Origin: Chrysomallon squamiferum
Taxonomy: Eukaryota > Animalia > Mollusca
Length of the DNA: 64,000 nt
Direction: 5' to 3'
Assembly (NCBI GenBank): GCA_012295275.1
Contig: CM022665.1
Location: forward strand, 24,118,001 to 24,182,000
In this document: positions 42,359 through 56,937 of the stretch, one piece after another
Layout of the letters: each line of letters opens with the position of its first letter
Position numbering within the stretch: the first letter of the stretch is position 1
Notes under the pieces: model-generated
Seen by the model: only the letters and a program-made list of their open reading frames with translations
What the model was told of the DNA's origin: nothing
Databases searched by the model: none
Position numbers and translations under genes: made by a program

Positions 42359-45300
42359 AAAAACACACAAAAACATACATATACACGCGCATATAGAGTT
42401 GATACTGGTTGTTTTTGAATTATTCTTCAAGAAGGACTAAATTACAACGAGCTGTTCCTCATAATCTTTCCTTTTTCGTGTTTTTGGGTGAGGTTTTTTT
42501 TTTTGTTTTTTTTCTCTCTCTCAAACTGCACCGTATCACCTTATCAATATTTACTAAGTACACACCCCATCACGCAAATGCCCGTATACAAAATTGACTT
42601 GTGATGGATACAAAACGTATTCGACCACCTCACATGGCCACGCTGATAACAGCTCTAGTAGAGGTCGAGTTCTATGAAGACGGCGTTTCAAACAGCTCCA
42701 TGTAGATTCCATTCGTGCCTGGAGTTAATCTGAAATCCTAATCGAACAGTATCTGACTCGTCTCTACATGGGTTTCTTTTTTTTTAAAGTTTTCTTTATT
42801 GAGATATATCAATTTAACTTCACACAGTGCATAATTTACTGCTGATTCGTAGATGGAATCTTTGTGATCTTCTCGATTTATTGCCTTAAATGATATGAAA
42901 AGTAAAAAAGTTTGTTCGTGTTCTACGTGTTTTAATTTGAATGGCGTCAGTTGGAAAATTGTCTTTGAAACGAATTTTTTTTTTTTTTTTTTTTTTTTAC
43001 AATATATTTTAATTTTTGATATATTTTGTAACTTAAGGCTGCTTGTATTTTTGCTTCTAACCCCTCCCCTCCCATTATTGTTAACGTTATTTCCGAAATT
43101 TTGCTTTTAACATCTCTGTAATCTGTTTTCCTCCGCCCGAATCACGCCTTGCTACGATATATAAGTGCAATTACGGAAAATTGGAGTATGAAAATAGAAT
43201 GTAAAGGAAATGAATAGTAATTAATATAGTAATCAGCTGATATTTTTCATATTATTACATTACGGCATTAAGAATAAAGGGGTAGTCTATCACGAATGAG
43301 AAAAAATAAAGGACAAATAGCGGCTATTATATAATACAGATCATAAATACGGGGCACGTGTATTTTAATCTCAGTGTAGAAATAATCTAACGTTCTTGCT
43401 TGCATGTGTTTATCGATTTTTCGTGGGAAAAAACCCCAAACAATAACCAAAAAAAAAAGTCGATAATATTGCATAAGCCCATATACGCTGGACGACAACC
43501 CCACTTACATTTGCCAGAATCCCCAGGGACAGACATGCGCTATGGCGTTTGCATGCACGCAATCTTTTGAAAATTTTCCTCAGTCGGCCGTTCTTTTGCC
43601 TTCCCGTCCTTCACAACTGATTTGTTAGCATATTTCTATATCCAAGCATTTTGGTCACCAAGCACGATGATAATAGATATCAAACAAATGCATCATATCT
43701 TGCCCTGTGCGCCTTGTTTAATGACAAAGCGTTGCCATCTATGACAAGAGGACAAAGAGCGACTTGGTTTTGCTAGTGTTCCAGAAAAATCGGTGGAGGC
43801 GTCTTTCACGAAATGACACGTACACAATGGTGTCATTCCACACTTAATGGCCATCCAAAACTAATTGTGCCAATCAATCGAATGGTCATTAATCTGTTAT
43901 GTCTGAGCCACCATATGCTGGACAAGTCAGCTGGACACCGCCTATGATATCTAAATGAACGATAACTATAACAATAGCTGCTTGATCGTCATCCATTTCA
44001 GAAGAAAAAGGCTGCTAAGGATATTTAAATAGTTATTATGGCTTATTGGCGGCAATGGTTTCGATAACATTTCTTGTTGGTGCAAAAAGTTAAAAGCTTT
44101 TATTTAATGGTGTTGCTGTTATTAATAGGCTTTTTGCTACTGTTTTAGATAAACTATAGGTCCTATGCACATGTTACAGATGAACGATTTACTGAGAAAT
44201 CCGTTTGAAAACGGTCAATAAATTACTTCCTTCAGATACGTTATTTAAAATTTATTTATGTATTTGTTTTGTTTTGTTTCCAATTAAAAGTTAAACAAAC
44301 AAATTATTAGTTATTCAGATAACGTTGTTTAATTGTTGAAATGTCAGGGAAAAAAAAAAAAAAAAAAAAAAATTCTATTTTTTCGTTTGTTTGCTTCTCT
44401 TTTTTCTCTCCATTATTTCGTTTCTGTTTCTATGCCGCAACATGACTTTGATGCTTATTTATTTATTTTGTAAATCTCGGTGGATTAAATGGAATTACAT
44501 TTTATTTCTTTTCTTGTTGTTTGCTTGAAATGAAAAGTTAGTTTAATCATGTCTGCGCAGGATGTAATAAAATATTAACTCAATCATCCCTTAGCGACAC
44601 GCAATACTGATGATATAATAATGATCGTAATAATGATGATGATGAATGTGATGATAACAATTATTATTATCATTATCAATATTATTATTATTATCATTAT
44701 TATAATAATTATTAATATTGTTGTTTTGCTTTTATAGCAAAAGGTATAAGGAGCAATCTTTATTTTCGTTTTTCGAATCCGTTTGAAATGAAACAAAAAC
44801 TCCTTTTAAAAACAGTCACATATATGGGAAAAAAAGAAAGGAAAAAACAACGTTATCAGCAAAATATTTTGTAAACGTATACTTAAACGTTAAAGCTATA
44901 TCACATTTACATGCATTAAATAAAGAATGGACATTTTCCTAAAGAGATTATCTTCGGCAGAAAATAAATATTTAAAAAAGGTCTGTATTCTCAAAAGATT
45001 GTCTCTATATACATACACAACCACAAAGAATACAGCCTGCCTTTTACACTGTGGATCAAACTATGTTATGACGCAAGAAGATTACGTGATAGTATAGAGT
45101 TCACGCCGCGGCCAAAGACTGCTTCTAACGAATTCCTACAACTTAAAGAACATTGAAAACGCTAATAACAGTCATTGGCTGCGGATTGCACATGTGTGGT
45201 GGCACGTGTTAAAGGAATCAGCTTTTTGTTTTGAAGAACTGGGTCCACAGCTTTGTAGTATGTTTGGTTCAAGTGGTATATAATTCATATTAACGGTCGC

Positions 45301-45668
45301 TGCGACAAGAGATTTGACGGATATGCTATTGTCGATAGGCGAGGGTGTTATATAAGCCGGGTTTTATGTTTAAGTCGGCGTGTTATTTATTGTCAAGAGC
45401 GGTTTAGTAAGCTAATTCTGGGTGGGGAGAAATAGAGAATAAGTCATTAAGACCATACTGAACCATTTTTTTTTTCCTTGTCATTTTTAATATGTGAATA
45501 AAGCCACAAGTTTATGTAAACTATTACATTGCTAATACATTTTCGCTAACTGTAATGAATTATCGACATCGATTTATACAAAAATGGCGTGAACGAACAG
45601 TGAAACTTGTTTTAGCAGTTTGAAAAATTAAGTGGTGATTAATAATTTCTGTCAACTTAAATATATTG

Positions 45669-45670
<2 letters not shown>

Positions 45671-45707
<37 letters not shown>
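45671..45707. repeat. (AC)n microsatellite
   Basis: Read directly. Confidence 0.95.
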
Positions 45708-45712
<5 letters not shown>

Positions 45713-46210
45713 ACACACATAGACATGCATACATACGTACATACATCTAAACAAGCATAACTAGTCAAAACATAATTCTGTGAAATTTCTGATCAGATAC
45801 TCAAGTTCAAAAGCCACTGATGTTAATAAAACAGATATATCACTGATTTTGTTAACAACATTTCTTAGTTAACAACGGACGAGAAACCTGGGCTGGTTAA
45901 TGTGGCAACGACATACGACAAACAAGGGCCGATCATAATTTATTGTTCATTATAATGTAACTGTGAAACCATTTATCACTGAGCTGTAGGGGGCCAATAT
46001 GTCGAACTACACAAGTGTGAGCGTATTAACACTCGTTCTTGTTGGCACAGATGTAATTAATGGGCATTTATCAAAATGGCGACAGATTTCACCCATTGAG
46101 TTCCAACGACAGCACTTCTTGAAACAAAGGTGTTTTTCACAAAAGTTGATTACGTCCAAAAAGCAGTGTTGGTTTTAAGTCCCATAGATCAGTGATAATT
46201 CAGTTTTCGT

Positions 46211-46224
46211 GCGCCACCTATGGC
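46211..46224 (-). promoter_or_regulatory. CTCF-like motif
   Basis: Minus strand GCCATAGGTGGCGC compared with the core CCASYAGRKGGCRS. Confidence 0.4.
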
Positions 46225-46281
46225 TTTCGTAGCTTCAGACTTCAAGCATCAAAAACAAATCAAATGAAAATGGATGACCGA

Positions 46282-46294
46282 TGCCATCTGGCGG
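46282..46294 (-). promoter_or_regulatory. CTCF-like motif
   Basis: Minus strand CCGCCAGATGGCA closely matches the core consensus. Confidence 0.45.
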
Positions 46295-49200
46295 TTGCAC
46301 GTAGTAAACGGACATGGATGATCGGGCTCACGCGAAAGTGACGTGTTAGCACGTTTGACGATTGGTCACAACACCAGTTCAGGTCAGAGAGCGTATTCCA
46401 AGAACTCTTGTCGATAAATAAACAGTTTTGTGCCACGGCACCGCATCTCTCTTTAGTTTAGTCGTTTTTATTTTCAAGTCAATTGTGTCTAATTGAGGTC
46501 ACGATCCGACATTAATTCTTGTTTGCCAGAAATTTTAGGTGAAGTGGCATGACCAAGTCGTTATTGGTCAGTGACATATCTAATAACACACTCGGCGAAT
46601 AAGTTTAATAACGGGCGTTTAGGGACAACAAATTACATGTGATGTTTAAAGTATGATAGTTTTCCGGTTGTAATACCATACGCCAAAGGTGTTACTGTTT
46701 AACATCGCTTGTCAACATCCTCTGTTTAATTATACTGACATAATAAATGTCACTGTAACGAGAAATAACATCCACATTTGGGGCATCATTAAAATACTTA
46801 AAAACCCCAAAATAAAACCCAGATAAAATGTTTCAACTGAATGATAATGACGTCATATCACATACTCCACAATAATTTCTGTGACATCATTATAGGGATA
46901 TGGTATATAAAAAAATAAAAATAAATAAATAATAAACAAATAATCATTTCTGAAATCTGCGAGGCATTAAAATTTCACCAGTTTTGGTACTATAGATACG
47001 CTGATACTGACTATCTTGCTGACGTCACATATGTCTGTTCAACAGAGGCGTAATTGTATTTATATAACTCGCGTTGTTTTCGTTTACACAAACTGCGGGG
47101 TAAGACTAGCAATTTGTTTTATCGATGTGACCTTGCATTTTAAGTCTCTTTTTTTATACCCTCCACCCACAATTCGCGTGTTGTATCACTGGCTAAGTAA
47201 ACTTGTTTCTAGCCAACACCTAATCAACAGTGACCAAGGTAATTTGTCGCCAAGATGAGACCTTCCTTCTGTATACTCAAAACTTCTCATGCAAACACCC
47301 GGGTCTTCATCAGGGTATCAAATGCACTGTGTGTTCAGAAGGCACGCGACTCCTATCTTAGCAGTCGCCCATAGTAAACTTTGCTGTCTCAGCTAGCTAC
47401 AGCTTTCTTTAAAGGGTTGGAATTATAAACTGCCAGAATTAAAAATGTAATACTGAAGCAAAAATGCTTCGTGAAAAGAACTTTGAATGGTGTTGCAGTG
47501 ATTCAGTGTTCATTTCGATAGTTTGTTTGCTATAAAATGCGGTAGGAATAAATAATTATGTAGGATGTAAAAGCTTTCGTCCCCCCTCCCTCTCTTTTTC
47601 TTTCTCCGTTCCCCCCCTCTCTCTCTCTCTCTCTGTACATGTGTATGAATGAACGTGTGTGTACATATATTATTCGTCTCTGTCTCTCAGAATCTCGATC
47701 TACTTTTCACTCTCTCTGTCTCTGCATGTCTTTTACTCTGTGTCTGTTTGTTGTTTAATTATCTGGGCCTTTTTTAACCTTCTTTTCACAGAATTAGAAA
47801 TGGAAATAAACCAAATAATACGATGTATACTTAAGAAATACATTTTGAGGCGTTACATCCAAATCTCCTTTATACGTGTTTTCACACCGTATGGTAAAAC
47901 TTAATGGCACAATTATCTTCAGCTTTAATATAAATCCTTGTTTTTAAATTGCCGCCAGATGTGTTAACTACTATTTCTTCACCTGAATTAAAATTTAAGA
48001 CGTGAAAACTTAGATTATTTTCCAAGCTTTCTTGTGTTTATCTGTAAAAATATGCTTATATAGTATTTCTGAGTAATCCTTTTTCATTCATTAATTTGTA
48101 TATTTTTGACGCACCATACAGGCCTTGATATCTCAGCCATTTCATCTTCAGGCAACATCTGATTATTAAGTGAAAATTTGAAATAGAAATCTCGACATAT
48201 GAAAAAATAAAATAAAATTCGTCATTTAAGTATTATAATAGTCACCTGCAAATATGGTCGGATTAGTCTGAATTCTTCTTTAATCCATTATCAATTATCT
48301 GATATATCTATTACTTCTTGTACTTTTGTTGGCACAAATTGACAGAGAAGCGCGTTACCAACACCCAGATTCGCCGAACGAGGGATACTGCGTGACGAAA
48401 ATTAGCTAGACTCTCCAGAATGATATTTGTCTGTATGCTAGTCCGTATATAATTCGATCTGAACACCTACCAGCCTTAAGATCAAAGGCAGAATCGCAAG
48501 ACTGAGACGTATTTCTATTGCTGTTTATTTTTTAATTTAAAGTTTGTTAAATTATCATCGGCACCACTATCTTAATTGTCTAATTCAGTCAAATTAGGAT
48601 GCTTGGCTTATTAATGGCAAACCATAATTAATTTGAATTTTTTTCCAGCTTGTCTGGACCCCAGAACGTTTTACAGTCCATAAAGAATATGAGGTGTAGA
48701 ACTAAAAATTAGTATACACTATGAAAATCACTTTTATCCGAAATCCATTAATTAGATGTCCGCCAAGATTGCCTGGTGCGTCACTCTCAGAGTAGATCCT
48801 CTCCAAAACACCCGTCTGTTCTGTATGGCATTTACGCGTTGTTGCTTTTAAGTGTTTTTTTTTTTTTTCAGAATTAGAATTGTTCGCGTAGAAGTGCTTT
48901 ATAAAATATATTTAAATGCTGAATGTTCATAATAGTTTTTTTCTTTCTACAGTAATATTCTAGATACCAGAATTTTTCTATCTTAAAAAGAGTGTAAATC
49001 ATAGTTCAAACACTTCTCTTTTGTTTTGTATACCTTTCAAAAATTCTTATAAAATATTTCCAAATTTGAATATTTTATTAAAATATAAATGGATTCTATT
49101 TTGTATATTAATTATTGAAATCTTTTGCATCGGCACACTGTAGAAATATAACATTCAGACATTTTAACACTTCAAAATAAATATATTCAGTCATTAATTA

Positions 49201-51997
49201 GCGTTAAGTAATCTTAATCCATAACAGAATAAAGTAGAAAAATATAACAATAATAATTTAACTTAAAAAAAAATAAAAAAATAAACAAAAAATATCTGAA
49301 AATAGAATAATAATTACCGTTAGTAAAATTAAAATCAATATGAGTACATAATAAATATAATGTTTAATTGATAAATTTATAAACTTCTGCTTTGATTTCC
49401 TTAAGCAAAACGATTCTCACCTACTGTTGCTATGCGTTTTTGTCATCATGTTTCCATGTCGCGTCCATTCATACTGACAAGATTATTTCTCTCAATCAGG
49501 CCCACGTCAGTTGGATTCCAAGGTTAACGAATGCAATCCACTTTTTGAACGTAGGATCATCAAAATATCCTAAAGAACTTCAGATAAAACGATCCCCGTT
49601 GTTGAGGGATAACACCACTATCAGTCAAAATTTGACATAATGGCTATTTCAGAAGAGAAAATCAGCTAAAACCTTTAAATGCGAAGTTTAGCATGAATTA
49701 ATGATACCATCTTTTCTGTGAAAAAAATGAAGAAGACAAAGAAGAAGAAAGAGTTAAATGCAGAAGATGTGAAATGAATACTCTGAGTCAGCTCTCACTT
49801 CAATGAGATTTGTCTTAAATAAATTACTTTAGAGCGTTTTCAAGACGTTCCAGTTTCAGAAATTCCAGCGCACTGGCTAGTCCCTTTGCGTCGCATGAGT
49901 TCATCCAGATTACCAAACTATTGGACTTGTGTCTTTTGATAAATTGAAATAAATGACTGCAGTGTATTCGGGAGTGCTATTATGTTGCTAGTGTTTGTGA
50001 TTAACTTCGACCCTTATTCTTACACCTCTCGTGTGGCACTGATTAATTTAAAAAAAAAAAAAATTAAAAAAAAAATTACTGTCATCGTCGGTGAGGTTCG
50101 TAGACGCCATGGATGTTTTTCATTTTTTTCCTTCATTTGTTTGTCCTATAGCAGTGTGTTAATTTTCAAGATTCCTCCGAGGATCGCAATAAGACGGGTG
50201 AGATTCTATAGACGTCCTTTGAGACTTAGATTAATCCTGCTGATCTACCGATTGCAGAGTCAGACAGGAAACAAGAGAGATGCAGACCACACTGACACTG
50301 GCTGTACTGTTATTCCGCGTCCAATCAATCAGTTGGTTGTTAGTTTGTTCCTTCACTGCAGAGTTCTAAATTGGGTTTCCCATAAGATTTAAATGTTGTC
50401 TTGTTACTGTTTAAAACAAGCCAACGTCAAGTGATGACACTCCGTGATGAAATGAAAATTCGTTTTTCGATATTAATTTGATACGCTTGAATGTGTTTAG
50501 AATCATCTCACTTTATGACTGATTAAGAAAAAAGGTATTTTTTAAATTTATTTTCATCATATCTTCGTAATCGTGACCATGATAAAAGATCCATTTTCAA
50601 AAACAATCCTTTTATTTGGTAAATTAAGAGCCTTAAAATGTAAAACTGCAAGTTAATCGTAGACAACTGGCGTACATTTATTTTGCATATAAATGAATTA
50701 ATATGTCTTTGTAATCTAAACCATTTCTAGTTAAACTGTGGTACTGCACTAATAAAGACAATTAGTGCTGGTACGTGTGATGTTATAACTCTTCTGAGAA
50801 CTGTTAAAGCATCCCTGTCGTGTGCAAATTCTCTCACGTCGCCTGAGACGACTTTCTGCAATATCATTCTTAATACAACACCGAGACTGGTCAAGTCTGG
50901 ACTGGCGACTAAGTGGCTTTAACGCAAAACACTAATAACATTTAAGATGTTATTCCAAAAGCGGTGATATCGAAATGTGTGATTAGTTTAGATTTATCTC
51001 AGATAAACATCCCGTGAAGAGCTTGTGTTATTGGGGGAAAAGTCATAAATAAACCTCACTGTCTGTCGAAGATCTACATTACTACATAAATCTTCCTAAA
51101 AGATAGAAATGGGGGCTTAACTCTTTGCCCTTTTGCCACTGGAAAAAAAAAAAAATTAGATAATAAACAATAAAACAAAAAAAGTTGATGTACTGATATC
51201 CAGCAAATATTAAAACTGTTATTATTAAAACAAAATCTTGCTGATAAGCTGAAAATTAAAATAGATATTTTGTATGTGTGTGGTGTTTCTTTGTGGAGTG
51301 TCTCGTATATGTTCATTTGTACATCTCTGTCATTCTGTACTACGTTTGAATTATCTTTGAAGTTACATTTATGTTTAAAACCCTGCTAAGAAAAAAAACA
51401 GTATCACTGAACAAAAAAGATAAATATTTAGAAATAAGTGCAGCGATCATAAAACGAAAGATGATCATAGTGAAAACTTCTTTTCATCTTTTTATTTTTT
51501 TTTTTTTTTTTTTTTTTTCAAAAATATTATACAAACACAGGAGGTCGTTTAAATCTCATCTATAATCGTCGTAAATTGACTGCCACTTTAGGTCGACCGT
51601 CTTCTTGGATCACAACCAGGAAACCAATAAGTCTAAGATTAGTTCGTTCTACTTAAAATCAATCAAGTCTTTGAGCAAGTGATAAACTCTAGATAAGCTG
51701 CAGTACAAATAGGGCGATTTGTCCTGTGCTGGGCTTACGAGGATTTTGCGCAGATCCTCTTTGTCGTATATATATATATATACACGAAATTAATTTCACT
51801 TCGTGAATTACTGCTTCAGGCAAATGATAGATTTCAGTGTTTGTAGTGCAGCACTTAAAATGTGTTAGTGATACAACGTTGAAATCGAACTGTTTAAAGC
51901 ACTTCCATTTCATGAGTGGTTAACTTTATATGTGTTTTACAGCTGATGTGTAAGTGTGAGTTCATCTATTTCTCGGACTGTGTATATATATCGATTA

Positions 51998-52007
51998 GTG
52001 TGCGCGC

Positions 52008-52069
<62 letters not shown>
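51998..52069. repeat. (GC)n/(GT)n perfect alternating purine-pyrimidine tract
   Basis: GTGTGCGCGCGCGCACGTGTG...; 72 bp of uninterrupted alternation. Confidence 0.9.
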
Positions 52070-52071
<2 letters not shown>

Positions 52072-53589
52072 ATACAAAATAAAATTTTACTAATAAATCG
52101 TAGTTATCACTATAATGAAAAAGTAAAATATAAAAAAGAAATAAATTATGAAAAATATTGCAGATATAAATAAATTCGTGTATAAAATATAGAAGATTGC
52201 GTTAATTTTTCTTTCACATTTTGTTACATATGGTGCTTAAATATATTTTATAACTGGTGTAAGATAATGTTTTGTTTTACAAGATTGCAGCAATAAATAA
52301 ATAAATAAATAAAAACACCAAAGAAAAATATTAAGATCAAATAAAAAACAAAGAACGTCTGCTAAACCGTGTTCTAATTTACTATTATTTTTAGACTCGA
52401 GATAGTTATCTATAATTCACTCTCGTTTTTTTTTTTTGTATGTTTTTTTTTTGTGTGTGTCTTTTATCTTTCTCTAACCGACTCTCTTTGTCTGCTTTAG
52501 ATTATTTTTCTTCTCTTTGTAAAATTCTGGCCTATCAGTTTTCTAAAACTGTCGAAGAATACTTATTCGGAGATCTCAATAAATGTTACAAAGTCTTAGT
52601 GTTTGCAGCTTTCATTTGTATTTTCCACATTAAATGTATTTGTAGATAATTTCATTTATTAAAAGAAAGAAGCGCCGAGTCATATCCTAGATACTGTGTT
52701 CACGAAAACTGTGTTTAAAGCACGCTCTTTGTGTTGTCAAGTAATTATGTTCCCCGAAAATGATTTTGGAAAATCAAAATTATCATAAAGTCAGAATCTA
52801 CCCGCACTGGCATAAATATTAAAACTATCTTCGCTGGTATAAAAACGGAAGTGCCCTCATTAACTATAGCATTAAAAGGTGCTTGTGAAATTTTTCTTTT
52901 TCATAAAAAATATTAAAATAGACTAGTATATAATAAAATCAGAATCTATACCCTCAAACTAAAACGTTAAAGAATCGTTTATATACATCTCGAATGAAAC
53001 AAATAAAGTAAATTATTTTTAATTTTTTTTAATTTTCTTTTGTCTAAATATCTGGTTAAAAAAGCTTTTTTTTTAGAGATAATAATAATTCTTATAACAA
53101 GAGTAGTTAATACTGCTATTAACATCAAGTGAGAAACCATGAATATCAATCACTGAATTAATTTAATTTTTCTTATTCGTTTTTCTATGGTTTGGGCAGA
53201 CTGTTATGCATAAGCAGTCAAGGATTCCGACTCTCTTTTTTACTGATGACAGTTTCAGATTAATAAACTGGTATTGGAAACATATTTAAAGTTGTTGATC
53301 AGAAATCTAGGTTATCTCTCTTACGTTTAGTGTCTTAGAAGATTAGTTTGAAAGAGAAAAGGGGGGGGGGCAGAAGAAGAAATAAAAGCAGTACATCGAG
53401 TCCGGTTCAAACTGATATTTACTACAGTGAAGCTTAGTAAGTGGTTACTAATCTGCGTATAACTATTGGTAAGGGAGGATTTTATTTTATTTCATTTCAG
53501 ATTATTCCGTTTTATTTATTATTTCTTCATTTTTCTGGGGTGGGGGTGGGAGTGGAGAGCTGTAACATTACTATATTTAAAAAAAAAAA

Positions 53590-53746
53590 GTTTGTGTGTG
53601 TGTGTTTAATTTTAATTATTTATTTATTTATTTATTTTAATTATTTTTTTATTTTTATTTTTTTAATTTTTTTTTTATTTTTTATTTTTTTAAATTATTC
53701 TTTTTATTTATTTATTTATTTATTTATTTACTTATTTACTTATTTA

Positions 53747-53804
<58 letters not shown>
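53590..53804. repeat. Compound (TG)n/(TTTA)n/(TTA)n low-complexity tract
   Basis: Read directly. Confidence 0.9.
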
Positions 53805-53805
<1 letters not shown>

Positions 53806-54755
53806 GTAATCTGTATAAATGCAATCATACATTGCGTGTAAGAGTGCCTTGGCTGAAGAACAACGTAGAACAGGCAGATATTTTTTTTATACATAATGCC
53901 TCTGTATCTTTTCATACACGATACTGTAATACAAATGTGTAATAATTATCTGCTTCTCCGATACCGTGTATGTCATGTACAAACGCAGAACCAACAACGA
54001 AACAGTCAAAAGTATTCCTAAGACTGCCACTTCTAACATATTAACCTTTTCATTATCATTTTAACATTAATGTATAAAACTATTAATAATTTTATTACAC
54101 CAAAGATCTGTATGCTCTCTGTCTTGTTTTGTTTTATGGAAGGAATGTTTAAGCATCTTCCACTCAGGGCTTAGGAGGAACATTCTAACTGCTTTCATCA
54201 GTTGAGGTTTATCAGTTTTCTATTGCACGCTCACAGAATAGGCGTCGCCTGCTTGAAATTTCTGCACGGTTCAGTCTAATCTACTTTGTATCAGTTAAGT
54301 TACTTGCAGTGTCAAGATGTTTGCAGTGGACCAGAATAATTACTGTTTTGATAATCACATACGATAACTATTTTTGAATTACAATCTAGGTATCGTACAT
54401 TTTTTCCTCGGTGCCTGAAACATTCATTTAAAATTCGCATACATGTACAGTATATTAAAACAGTAGGATACAAATAGCCTATTATATCTCCATTTAAAAA
54501 AAACTATTCCAGAGTTTAAGGTAAAAGAACAAAGAGAAGAAAAAAAAAAGAAAAAAAAAAAAGATTCTGTTGACTAAAAGCAGTCACTGTATTGTAGACT
54601 CTGTGATCGCCAAGATAGATATATTTGATAAGCTATGACGCTAATAACATCACACAAATCATTTCATAGACATAAACCGTCTTTTTTTTTCACCTTCGAA
54701 AACCAAGCATATTGTTTCACTGCATCATTAAAATAAAAACTACTGAAGATAGCGA

Positions 54756-54867
<112 letters not shown>

Positions 54868-55541
54868 TTTATTTATTTTTTTTTTTATTTTTTTTTTATT
54901 AATAAAAACTATCTGGTTTGCAACCTAACGAAGCAAATTTCAACAACCAAAAAAATAAAAAAAAAAAATAAAAAAATAACAATAATTCTGGTAAATGGGT
55001 TTAGCGTTGGTCGCTTGATATAAAATAAATTTTCGTCCTGTCTGTTTAGATAAAGGATCGTGATAACAAATACAAGATACAATGAACATAGAAGTAGGTG
55101 GGATATAATGCTCAATTAAAGTTTAGATTATTAGACTGTTTAACTTAGCACTTTCATGCTTCAATTGCATAACACACATATGCAGCTCAAAATTGAAAAA
55201 AGAACAGGAAATTTGCGTCTCGTGAATAATGAGTAGATTCGGCGTCGCGACGGCAGATGTACTCTGTTGTACCTCGTATCAGACCCTTCGACCCGACTGC
55301 TTTTAATATGTGACTTTATCAACTCCGAGATGATAAAGACGATAGCATGCTTCAATAGAAGACGGTAATTGAAAATAAATTAAATGCTGATGGATATCAA
55401 ATACTTTTGTCCTGGTACAATAATGGTTGTTCGTTTTGAGGTTTATATGACTTCGACTTATAAATACATTTATCTAGTTTTAATAACACCATAATCAAAG
55501 GTGAAACAATATTTTTGGGGAAGATGTCAGTTTGATTCCTT

Positions 55542-55869
55542 AGAGATAAAGAATAAACCTGTTCACCTTTTTTTTTTCTTTTTTTTTCTTTTTTCTTTTT
55601 TCTTCACAAACACACACCAAAACACACACAGATATCTTTATGCACATGTTCACACTCAGAAACATGTGAAATCATGTTTGTATGTATGTATATGTGTATA
55701 TTATGTTTGTATGTATGTATGTGTGTATATATATACATACATACAAACATAATTTCACATGTTTCTGAGTGTGAACATGTGCATAAAGATATCTGTGTGT
55801 GTTTTGGTGTGTGTTTGTGAAGAAAAAAGAAGAAAAAAAGAAAGGTGAACACGTTTATTCTTTATCTCT
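55542..55869. repeat. Foldback palindrome (arms 55542-55693 and 55731-55869, 37-nt spacer)
   Basis: AGAGATAAAGAATAAAC...GATATCTTTATGCACATGTTCACACTCAGAAACATGTGAAAT recurs as its reverse complement. The near-identical peptides of ORFs 55501(+) and 55604(-) confirm the symmetry. Confidence 0.97.
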
Positions 55870-55935
55870 TTTAATATATATATATACACACACTCACGCA
55901 CACATATACACACACAAACACATACCTACATACAA

Positions 55936-55941
<6 letters not shown>

Positions 55942-56016
<75 letters not shown>
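55942..56016. repeat. (AG)n microsatellite
   Basis: Read directly. Confidence 0.95.
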
Positions 56017-56022
<6 letters not shown>

Positions 56023-56686
56023 CATTTTGACGAAAATCTAAATCTTAATTTATTTAAGAAATCTGACAAATAATATTATAAATCAAATTTTTGGGGCTCA
56101 TGACGTGAAGTTCAAAAGGCAAGTCACACTGATAATAATTAGAAGAAAAACCACCACAACAGAATTTCATCCTGTATGTCATACGCCACAGAACAGCAAT
56201 CACACGTCTGATTTACAAATGTCTGCGTGACTTGTTTCACTGTCGACGTCAGTCACGTCATGACAGACATGACGAACTCTGTGGCATAATCGCGAAGACC
56301 CACGTCGAGCTCGTCTCCTTGTTTCGGAAAGACGCGTTAATAGAAGCAGCGTTTGTTTTGAACCAATTACTTTTTGCTTCATTCCACTCGGCTGCTTCGT
56401 AAACGAAGAGACGGATATACACTTGTGTTACCTGAAGGACTCGAATCACGTGCTTGAACGGCCATTGCTTTCATCTTCTTGCTAATGCACTTCGATTCCT
56501 CGACCGAATCATTCGACCTCAGTGATTTCTGCAGGTGCAAAAATTTGAGCGCTTATTTCATGTTGAAGACGGAAAGGTCACGGTCAGAACTGGAACATAG
56601 CATTTTTTATTTCTTCTAATATAGTTCAAGATCATCAGCCGGATAATAAGGTAACTGTAATCAGGAATCCCATCCGTCACAAACTT

Positions 56687-56690
<4 letters not shown>

Positions 56691-56723
<33 letters not shown>

Positions 56724-56724
56724 G

Positions 56725-56786
<62 letters not shown>
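56691..56786. repeat. (AT)15 followed by (GA)n microsatellite
   Basis: Read directly. Confidence 0.95.
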
Positions 56787-56789
<3 letters not shown>

Positions 56790-56873
56790 TCTGTTGCGAG
56801 TTCTTTCTGTTAAAATGTAGAGGATTAACAATGAAAGGGAAAAAACCTAATAATATTTCATATTTAATATTTT

Positions 56874-56875
<2 letters not shown>

Positions 56876-56933
<58 letters not shown>
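56876..56933. repeat. (CT)n microsatellite
   Basis: Read directly. Confidence 0.95.
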
Positions 56934-56937
<4 letters not shown>

